DNA of 64,000 bases from the human T2T-CHM13v2.0 reference genome, Homo sapiens: assembly GCF_009914755.1 (NCBI RefSeq), contig NC_060926.1. One strand, written 5' to 3'. Position numbers and translations under genes: made by a program. Shown here in pieces: positions 42,885-55,791 of the stretch; the stretch's first letter is position 1; the number at the start of each line of letters is the position of its first letter. Under the pieces are notes generated by a model. It was not told the origin of the DNA, did no database searches, and saw only the letters and a list, made by a program, of their open reading frames with translations.

Positions 42885-43208
42885 AAAAAACAAATAAATA
42901 AATATTGCCATCTTCCAAAGTTTTTGTCCCACTGAAAACACAGAAAGAACTAAAAGAGATTGAGATATTTTCATTTCAAAAATTTATCATTGGTTTTCAG
43001 GTTTCTTCAAAGCATGTTTTCCCCTATTGTTTCTGCCTGAATTTGAATATGCCAGAACTCCTTAGAGAATTATATAGGTAGGAAAATCTGTCAGTGCTCT
43101 AAACTTAAAAACAGAAGATGAAAAAATAATATATGCTGGCCATATATGTGTATATATTCCACCTTATCTGTGATTTTTGTTATTTCTTTGCCTTAATAAA
43201 AGACATCG

Positions 43209-43785
43209 GTAAACAAAGCCACCCGAAGTTTGGACTGGGCGGAGCCCAGCACAGTGCCGTAAGCTGCTGTAGCCAGACTGCCTCTGTAGATTCCTCCTCT
43301 CTGGACAGGGCATCTCTGAAAGAAAGGCAGCAGCCCTAGTCAGGGGCTTGTGGATAAAACTCCCATCTCCCGGCGACAGAGCACCTGGGGGAAGAGGGGG
43401 ATGAGGGTACAGCTTCAGCCGACTTAAACGTTCCTGCCTGCCAGCTCTGAAGAGAGCGGCAGATCTCCCAGCACAGTGCTCGAGCTCTGCTAAGGGACAG
43501 ACTGCCTCCTCAAATGAGCCCCTGACCCCCGTGCCTCATAACGGGGAGATACCTCCCAGTAGGGGATGACAGACATCTCATACGGGAGAGCTCCGGCTGG
43601 CATCTGGTGGGTGTCCCTCTGGGACAAAGCTTCCAGAGGAAGGAGCAGTCAGCAATCTTTACTGTCCTGCAGCCTCTGCTGGTGATACCCAGGCAAAGAG
43701 GGTCTGGAGTGGACCTCCAGCAAACTCCAGCAGACCTGCAGAAGAGGGACCTGACTGTCAGAAGGAAAACTAACAAACAGAAAGG
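43209..43785 (+). mobile_element. Orphan internal L1 5'UTR fragment, direct copy of 36808-37386
   Basis: Colinear, about 90% identical by eye; no tail and no TSD. Confidence 0.95.
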
Positions 43786-43789
43786 TACT

Positions 43790-43925
43790 GGATATTCAAT
43801 CTTTATAAGCTTAGTTTTCTCCTAGGAATAAAAATAGTATCTGCTGTGTTTGGCCTTTGTGAGGATTAAATCAATAATGCATCTGACAAACTTTGTAGAA
43901 TGATTGAGTTGTATTAAACACTTAA
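43790..43925 (+). mobile_element. MIR 3' half
   Basis: TTGTGAGGATTAAATCAATAATGCAT. Confidence 0.55.
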
Positions 43926-43965
43926 TACTCATTTCCTATAATTGTTACTCATTTCCTATAATTGT
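43926..43965. repeat. Perfect 20-bp tandem duplication
   Basis: TACTCATTTCCTATAATTGT x2. Confidence 0.97.
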
Positions 43966-44958
43966 TGTTTTGTATTAGAATGGTACTCTAGCCTTCATAA
44001 AACAAATTCCATGATTTAGACATTTGAAAGTTCTTCATTTTCAACTGACATTTATTTCTAGTTACTGCATCACCTAGTCATTTTATGTTCAGTGTTGTGA
44101 CAGCAAATGGGTGAAATAGTTTCAATTTCCCAGCATGTAACTGGCCTTTTTAGCCTTAACTTTCTTTTCCAGCATTGTTACGGCAGCTACAGCAAACATG
44201 TCAGAGTACAGAACATTCCATTAAGAGCCTTATCTCATGCCTCGCTTCCTATGATGTTTTGTATGAATAATACAATGTCTAGAGGTGAAATTAGTTGGAG
44301 TGCTCATGACTCAGCCTCTTTTTCTGGGGAGTGAGTCATTCCACATTTATAGATTCCTGACTTTGTGCCGTATACCACACTAAGTGCTTGGAATACAAAC
44401 ATAGATTTGCTGGGTCATTGACCCAGAGCAGCCCACAGTCTGGGCAGGCAGGGTATGGCATTCATTAAGAACAATATGGGCTTACACATAGCCAGCACTC
44501 TATTAATGTTATATCTACCTGTCAAGGCAAAGTGTGATTAAATATACAATAATATGAGCTGTCTAGACAACTTAATTCTATGTTTTGGAACATGTACCTC
44601 TGACCCTATAGCCCTATATTGGTATATTTTGCCTAATTATATCACCACAAATTTAACTCCTTTATTGTTTTGTTTGGATACTGAGTTTTTATTCCTTTGC
44701 ATATCACGTAAAATCATACCCTCCATGAATAGGTCAGTTGCCTGATGAATACCTTTCCTTTATTATCCTGCCAGAAACTCACACTTAATGTGTCTAATAA
44801 AGCCCATTATCCTCTACTTTTACCCAGCAACCTGATCTCCCTTCAGGCTTTCCTGTTTCTAAGAATGTACTGGGAGTCTGTTTTTCTTACACTCTCAAAA
44901 TTCTCTTGGCTCCTTTCTTCATCCTGTGCCTTTCCTGGCCAATGAATCCTTAAATTCT

Positions 44959-45236
44959 TTTTTTGTGTGTGTGAGACAGGGACTCTGTTGCCAAGGGTGG
45001 ATTTCAGTGGTGCAATCATAGCTCACTGTAACCTCATATGCCTCTGGCTTCAGCCTCCCCAGTAGCTAGGACTACAGGTGTGCACTACCATGCCTGGCTA
45101 ATTTAAAAAAAAAAATTGTTTTTGTAGTGGTCTCTCTATGTCGCTTATGCTGGTTTCAAACTCCTGGCCTCAAGCAGTCTTCTGCCTTGGTCTCCCAAAG
45201 TGCTGGGATTAGAGGTGTGAGCCACCATGACTGGCT
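44959..45236 (-). mobile_element. AluJ-type SINE with small internal deletions
   Basis: ATCATAGCTCACTGTAACCTC; TSD AATCC(T/C)TAAATTCT. Confidence 0.9.
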
Positions 45237-45269
45237 TTAATCCCTAAATTCTGTATGGACTGTAAATAC

Positions 45270-45648
45270 TGTTATGGACTGAGTTGTGCCCCACCCCATC
45301 CATATGTTGAAGTTCTAAGTGCCAGTGTGACTGTTTAAAAATAGGGCTTGTAGCAGGTAATTAAGGTTAAACAAAGTCATCAGAGTGGGGCCCTAATCCA
45401 GTAGGGTTGGTGGCCTCATAAGAAGAGGAAAAGAGAGTTCTCTAAATTTCCCCACCCATCTTCATGTCTTTCTTTCTCCGCCATGTGAGGATATAGTGAG
45501 AATGTGGCTGTCTACAAGCCAGGAATATAGCCCTCGCCAGAACCTGACCATGTTGGCATGTGATCTCACCCCTCCAACCTCCAGAACTGTGAAAAAGTAA
45601 ATATCTGTTGTGTAAGCCACATGTCTAGGGCATTTTGTTATGTTAGAC
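45270..45648 (+). mobile_element. MLT1A/B-like LTR (3' tip displaced to 48142-48162)
   Basis: TGTTATGGACTGAG start and CCTCCAGAACTGTGA motif; terminal CAGTCTCAGCAGACTAATACA lies after the MST insert. Confidence 0.85.
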
Positions 45649-48141
45649 TATATTAGGCCATCTCTTGCATTGCTATAAAGAAATACATAGGACTGGAATT
45701 TACAAAGAAAAGAGGTTTAATTGGCTCACAGTTCTGCGGGCTATACAGGAAACATAGTGCTGGCATCAGCTCATGGGGAGGACTCAGGGAGCTTTTTCTC
45801 CTGGCAGAAAGCAAAGCAGGAGTGGGCACTTCATGTAGTCAAAGCAGAAGCAAGCAATGGAGAGAACAAGAGAGAAAGAGAGAGTAGAATGGGAGGCTCC
45901 ACATTCTCTTAAATGACCAGATCTCATGAAAACTCACTATCACAAAACAGCACCAAGCCATAAGGGATCACCTCCATGATCCAAACCCCTCCTACTAGGC
46001 CCCACCTCCAGCACTGGGGATTACAATTCAACATGAGAATTGGGTGGCGACAAATATGAAAACTATATCATCCTGCATCTGGTCCTTTCCAAATTTCATG
46101 TCCTTCTCACATTGCAAAATACAGTCATGCTTTCCCAATGGTTCCCCAATGTCTTAACTCATTCCAGCATTAATTCAAAAGTACAAAGCCTCATTTGAAA
46201 CAAGGCAAATCCCTTCAATCTACAAGCATGTAAAATCAAAAAGAGTTATTTACTCCCAATATACAATGGGGGTATAGGCACTGGGTAAACATTGATATTC
46301 CAAAAGGAAGAAATTGGCCAAAGGAAAGGGGCTAAAGGCCCCATGCAAGTTCAAAACCTAGCAGGGACAGTTATTAAACTTTAAAGCTCCAAAATAATAT
46401 CTTTTGACTCCATGTCTTACATCCACAGCACACTGGTACAATGAGGGGGCTCCTAAGGCCTTGGTTAGCTCTGCCCTTTTAGCTTTGCAGGGTGCATCCT
46501 CCCCATACCCCTCAGATGCTCTCACAGGTTGTTGAGTGCCTGTGGCTTTTCCAGGTGCAGGATACAAGCTGCTGGTCTGAGGTCTGGAGGGTGGTGACCC
46601 CCTTCTCACAACTCCACTAAGGAATGCCCCAGTGGAGACCAGATGTGAGGGTTCCAACTTCACATTTCCTCTTGGCACTACCCTAGTAGAGGTTCTCTGT
46701 TGGGGCTCTGCCCCTGCAGCAGGCTTCTGCCTGGGCATCCAGGCTTTTCTACACATCCTTTGAAATCTAGGTGGAAGGTGCCAAGCCTCATTCACTCTTG
46801 CACTCTGTGCACCCGCAGGCTTAACAACACATGGAGGCTGCCAAGACTTACAGCAGTTTGTGCTCTCCAGAGCAGTGGTATGACAGTGTCTGGGGTCCTT
46901 TGAGCACAGGCTGCAGCCAGAGCTTCCAGTGCAGTACAGTATCCTAAGGCTGTGCCAGGCAATGGGGCCCTGGACCTGGCCCACAAAAACATTCTTCCCT
47001 CATAGGCCTCTGGGCCTATGATGGGAGGGGCTGCCATGAAGGTCTCTGAAATGCCTTCAAGGCCTTTTTCCCATTATCTTGGCTGTGAGTGCTTGGTGGG
47101 GTTTCATTATGCAAATTTCTCTAGCAAGTGGTTGTTCCACAGCCTGCTTGAATTCCTCTCTCAAAAAAAGCTTTTTCTTTCTCTGCCACATGGTTAGATG
47201 AAAAATTTTCTAAACTTTTATGCTGTGCTTCCCTTTTAAATATAAATTCCAATTCTTAATCTTTTCTTTGCTCCTGCTTCTGAGTGTAGGTTATTAGAAA
47301 CAGCCAGGCCACCTCTTGAATGTATTGCTGCTCAGAAATTTCATCTGCCAGATATGCTGTATAGTCACCATGAAGCTCAAACTTCCAAAGACCCCTAGGG
47401 TATGGACACAATCCAGCCAAGCTCTTTGCTAACACATAAAACATGTGACCTTTGCCCCAGTTCCCAGTAAGTTCCTCATTTCCATCAGAGACCTCATCAG
47501 CCTGGATTTTGCTGTCCATATCACTATCAGCATTTTGGTCACAACAATTTAACTAGTCTCTAAAAAATTCCAAACTTTCCCTCATCTTTCTGTCTTCTTC
47601 TGAGCCATCCAGACTCTTCCAACCTCAGCTCATTACCCAGTTCCAAAGCTGCTTTCACATTTCCATGTATCTTTATAGCAACACCCCACTCTTCAGTTCA
47701 ATGTATTAGGCTGTTCTTACATTGCTATAAAGAAATACCCAAGACTGGGTAATTTATTAAAAAAATAAGTTTAATAGGCTCATGGTTCTGCAATCCATAC
47801 AGGAAACACAGTGCCGGCATCAGCTTCTGGGGAGGCCTCAGGGGGCTTTTACTCATGGTGGAGAGCAACACAGGAGCAGGCACTTCACATGGTGAAAGCA
47901 GGAGCAAGCCAGAAAGAGAGACAGGGGGTGGGGAGGAAAAGGAGAGGGAGAATGCCGGGAGGAGGTGGCACACACTTTTAAGTGACTGGATTTTGTGAGA
48001 ACTCACTATCATGAAGACAGCACCAAGCCATGAGAGCTCTGCCCCCATTATCCAGTCACCTCCCTCCAGGCCCCACCTCCAACAATAGGGAATAAAATTC
48101 AACATGAGATTTGGGTGGAGACAAACATCAGAACTATATCA
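45649..48141 (-). mobile_element. Full-length MST (MSTA-like) MaLR provirus: LTR 45649-46070, internal region 46071-47701, LTR 47702-48141
   Basis: Two homologous LTRs (T(A/G)TATTAGGC..AACTATATCA); internal ORF remnant QADEVSDGNEELTGNWGKGH; degenerate 5-bp TSD TAGAC/CAGTC. Confidence 0.93.
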
Positions 48142-48189
48142 CAGTCTCAGCAGACTAATACACATATCCATGCAATAGTTGTAACACTC

Positions 48190-48870
48190 TCCTTTATATG
48201 GACACTGTCTCCACCTGAATTGTGTCTTCATTACCATTCACCTGGACTTCTGAAGGAGCCACTTTTTTGAACACTTCTTTAAGCACTCCCCTCTCTGATC
48301 CAATCTACATAATATTGCCAGATTAAATTTCCTAATTATGCCATTCTTGAATTTAAAACCTTCAGTGGTCCACTTTCACCTACAAAATTAAATATGTTTA
48401 ATTGAATAGCCTCCTCAGATTGTCATTCAAGGTCATTACTTCCTATATAGAGCCAACTTAGCTTTTCACCCAATTATTGCTCTTCTTATGGGTCATACTC
48501 CAGGCTAGGTATTTTTCCAAACACCCCCTGGGCTTTGATTCTTCTGTTACTTTGTTTCTGTGTTGTCCTGTCCATTGTCTGAATTGCTCTCCTTCCCACT
48601 CCATCTCCACCTATCAAAATCCCTTACCTCCTTCAAGGGCTAACTCAAATGCAACTTCCTCTGTGAATCTTTATCTTCATAACAGGATTTTTCTCCCCTT
48701 CACTGATCTCCCAAAAGCCCTGTTAGTATTTCCTTGTGACAATAGGAATTTTTTTTTTCCATCGTGGCTTTTTGTCTTTTGGCTTTTTCACAACCTCCCT
48801 TATCCCACTAGATTCTAACTAAGTGAACTCTTTAAGGTTAAAGAACATTGGATCCCTAAAATACTAAATG
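48190..48870 (+). mobile_element. L2 fragments
   Basis: TTTAAAACCTTCAGTGG and CCTTCAAGGGCTAACTCAAATGCAACTTCCTCTGTGAA. Confidence 0.65.
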
Positions 48871-48916
48871 ATACTAAAAAACATAACAAACAAACAACAA
48901 CAAAAAAACCCTACCC

Positions 48917-49209
48917 AGTTGGGTATGGTGGCTTATGCCTATAATCTCAGCAATTTCAGAGGGTGGATCACTTGAGCCCGGGAGTTTGAGACCAGCCTGT
49001 ACAACATAGGGAAACTCTGTCTCTACCAAAAAAATAGAAAAATTAATTGGGCATGGTGGTGCATGCCTCTAGTCCCAGCAACTCAGGAGGCTGAGGCGGG
49101 AGGATCATCTGAGGCTGGGGAGGTCGAGACTGGAGTGAGCCATGATCATTCCAATGCACTCCAGCCGGGACAATAGAGTGAGACCCTGTCTCAAAAAAAA
49201 AAAAAAAAA
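48917..49209 (+). mobile_element. AluJ-type SINE
   Basis: GGATCACTTGAGCCCGGGAG and GGAGGTCGAGACTG; A tail. Confidence 0.92.
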
Positions 49210-50120
49210 GCCTACTCTATACCTTAAAAATATGAGAATTACAAGAATTACAAACAAAAAACATTTCCATTTTTTTAAATATAACTGCAGTATTCCCAAC
49301 ATTTGTTTCTGTAAGGTGTAACTCCAGTAGTAACTTTTCTGTTACTTAAGCAGTAACAATTTCTGTAATTTGAAAACTCAAGTGTAACTTTAACAAGGGA
49401 GAAGCATAAGAAATATAAAAATTGTGAATTTTCAGCTCACAATTAATTTTGATAATCCAATAGCTAAAAGATGTCTGCTATTTTCATCTTGTATTCCTTG
49501 TGAGGTATAATCAGGCCTATTTGAGTTTGACATAGGCTTTATAATGTTATCTGACCATCACAATATGATTTATAATATGGAGGCATGAAGTCATTTCTCA
49601 TTGGGGCAGGAGTGTGGCAAGGGGGAAGAAGAGCTTTACCAATTAACTCAAGATTATTTGGTGACATTTCTCTTACCTTTTAGGTGAGGAGAAAGAGACA
49701 GAGGATGGAGAATTGGTGCTTTTAGTATGCTGATACATTAAGCTGCCTGGAAGCAGATGCTAAATCCTATTGAAAATAATTTTATTTGCGTTTTGCTTAG
49801 GGCATTGTTTAGCAAAATACTACACAAAAAGTCTTGACCTGTGTGTTTGAAATGGCAGATGTTCACAGTGAGGACTGAGCCTTGGGGCAACATCAATCTT
49901 CACAATTCTGCACCTATTTGCTCAATAACTGGCTTGGTTGGAAAAAAAGGAAAAAAAAAAGTTCCAGGGAGTTATTTACAAAGCATCCGCTCCTGGCACT
50001 GCAAATGAAAGTGCTCTCCTTAAGATAAGAAAAGCAAGCAAACAAACAGAAGCCACAGGACAGCTTGAGCCCACCAGGTCAAAAATGAATACCTCTTTTC
50101 CCTCAGAACTGTGTTTCCAA

Positions 50121-51820
<1,700 letters not shown>

Positions 51821-52063
51821 AATGGAAGTAATGTAAGACAAGGATGGGATTTTATTTTCTTATTCTCACCACGAAGGGTATTTTCAACTGTTTCTTTAAA
51901 TCTGACATAGAATTGGAAAAAATACGACAGTAAGCACCTTTATTCATTTAACAATATTTATTGATATTTTGTGTGCTGCAAACGTTGGGTTCAAATACAA
52001 AGTTCACATACCTAAAAGAGTATTAATATTTTGAATACAGTTTGTTTTTGAATCATGCTGTAT

Positions 52064-52386
<323 letters not shown>

Positions 52387-52789
52387 TCAGGCTCCTGTGT
52401 CATAAAACTGAACTTTAAAAAAAAAAATCCCACAGTATCATTTTGTTTTTGCTATGAAAGTATATATTTGGGAGTGCACGTAGAAGAAATGAAATCCAGT
52501 CTATTTAAAAGAATATTAAAGATATCAGGATGCTGATTTGTGTTAAAGAGCAATTAGCAAGAAGTAGCTATAGTCAAATGATAAATTGAGGCCTAAAACT
52601 TGCAAGCAAACAAATGGGCAGTTTCAGGTTAGACTTTCCCTGACTCCAGGCAACTAGTGAACCACTTTCTCTTTAAAGAGTTGTTAAGTGGCAATATCAT
52701 CCTGGTATTCATTGCTCAGTATGCATTTATCAATTGTAGAGCAGGTTTTTGTATGAGACACCATGCAAGATCCTAGGATAACAGCATCA

Positions 52790-52898
52790 CTTATTTTATA
52801 TTGTAGTAAAACATGTAACGTAAAATTTAACATTTTAACCATTTTAAAGGGTTCAGCTTTCTGGCATTAAGTACATTCGCGTTGCTGTGCAAGCTATC
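52790..52898 (-). mobile_element. L1MB-type 3' tip
   Basis: AAAATTTAACATTTTAACCATTTTAAAG..GGCATTAAGTACATTC. Confidence 0.7.
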
Positions 52899-53304
52899 AT
52901 TTTTTTTTTCCTAGTGAATATTTAGATATAAATCACAATCCCTTTCCAGTGTCTCCTTTTTTCTTAGGGGATAATGATTGATAATATGATTAAAATGAAC
53001 ACATAGGCAGTGTATCCACTCTGTCTTTCATAGCCTAGTGTTCTTATGTACATTCTATTTTAGCCATCTCTTGCACACACAGTAGTGCACATGCAACCCA
53101 GCCACACATACACAGTCACTGAGTGTGTTGAATCACTGTCCTTCCCACTCTCCTAGCATTTTTTCTTCATATTTTAGAGACATATTTTTTCTTCTCTTTT
53201 TTCCTTTACTCTCCTAGTATTTTTATTTTAAATTTCTCATACTTTCTCTTTAAATTTGTGGAGCAAAACAAAAAATAAACAACAAGAAACTGTGCTTAAC
53301 GGGA

Positions 53305-54215
<911 letters not shown>

Positions 54216-55004
54216 TGGCTTTATAGCCAAAAAATAATATTTGTATCCAAGTAAAATAATGTCATTAGTTGGAAGTCAAGATAGATATACTAAAGGCATT
54301 AATCTTAAATGTCCTTCATAATTTCCTCAGATACTTAAAAAAAAATCTCCACAGATGTATCAACCTATCATTTCGTTATTGTAGGACAAAGTTTACTTTT
54401 CTTAAACACCTGCCCTTAGGATTAAAAATCAACTATTTCATATTCAGTTGTATTTTCTGTGGTTTACTAGTATTTTCTTTGTCTTATTTTATACTGTTCT
54501 TTTCAGTAAATAACTAGTTTTAGGCTAATTTAGTTTTTGGGCTTAGCATAGGAGTCTAATAATGAAACATTTCTAACATGTAGAAGAACATATGCTGTTT
54601 TCTATCCAGTTAACTCACAAACATACTTCTAGAACCTAACTTGCTTTTTAATTAGAGACTGCCATAGATGCTCCCTGTGGCGAGTTGAGTCTCTTTTGTC
54701 ATTTTGAAGTGGTTTTGTTTACTATCTGTTCAAGAGACAGGCTGACTTTGGCACAAAAGTTTGTTTTTGTCCCTGGTTTACCTTCTTTATACTTCCATTT
54801 GACAACATGCTTTTCTGCATATTTACTTCTCAGCATATTTTAGTAGCAAGGCTTAGGTGCAAGAGACCAATGGAAAGATTGATCGTTTACCACTGGAATT
54901 GTCTTATTTGAACTTTGCTACCTTTAGCAAAGGTTTGGACTGATTGTCGACCCAGGACTAAAAATCTTCAGATTCTCTGTGCATATTAAATCAGATTAAA
55001 GACC

Positions 55005-55349
55005 TGTGTCAGTCTGTGCAGACTGTTCTAACAAACATAAAAGAACAGAAATTTATTTTTCCCAGTTCTGGAAGCAGTGAAGTTCAAGATCAAGGCAGCA
55101 GCAGATTGGTTTTGCTGAGGTCCTGCTTCCTGTTTTTTCCTCCGCCTTCATATGGCAGGCAGAAGGTGTAAGAGCGCTCTCTGTGATCTCTTGTATAAAG
55201 GCACAGTCCACTTTTTATATTTCTGGGATCTCTTTTATAGGGGCAGTAATCACCTTCCAAAGGCCCCACCTCCAAATATCACATTGGGGGATTAGGATCT
55301 CAACATATGAATTTGGGGTGGTGGGGACACTAGCATTCAGTCTATGGCA
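55005..55349 (-). mobile_element. MLT1A-like solo LTR
   Basis: AAATTTATTTTTCCCAGTTCTGGA..AAGGCCCCACCTCCAAATATCACATTGGGG..CATTCAGTCTATGGCA. Confidence 0.85.
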
Positions 55350-55741
55350 GGATCAAAATGCCTGAGTTTTATTATTTTTGATTAAACATCTCTTAAGAGC
55401 AATGGTAGTATATTAAGAACAGAATGTGCTAAAAATTCTTTTTGGTTGGTTGTTTTAGAATATAAACATAGGACTTCTACTTTAAATAAGTATAAAATAA
55501 AAATAGGACCTAATTTTGGCATTTAATATATATTTTTTTCAATAAAATGTAGAACGTATTTTTAAGTTTAAAGTTGTATTATACATAACCGTCACGTATT
55601 GTAAATGGATGTGTTTCAGTCAGTGCATTTTATGGAGTGAGGAACAAGTCCCTTCTGATTTTATCTTCCTCCTTAGTGAAAGAAAAAGCCAGATTGTTCA
55701 ACTGATTTAACTTACTGGGTATTTTTCTTTTCTTCTTTTAG

Positions 55742-55791
55742 ATTTTATTGATCTAATCCAAAGTATCTTATAACTTCTGGCTGGAATTAAG
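55742..55791 (+). other. Candidate 50-nt non-coding internal exon (5'UTR or lncRNA)
   Basis: Branch-like TTTAAC (55706-55711), uninterrupted pyrimidine tract ending TTTTAG, donor AAG|GTCAGT; stops in all three frames and no ATG. Confidence 0.65.

Noticed and set aside
49600-50050. Unique, possibly conserved segment
   Set aside because: Only an impression; no specific motif cluster or splice pair supports a call.
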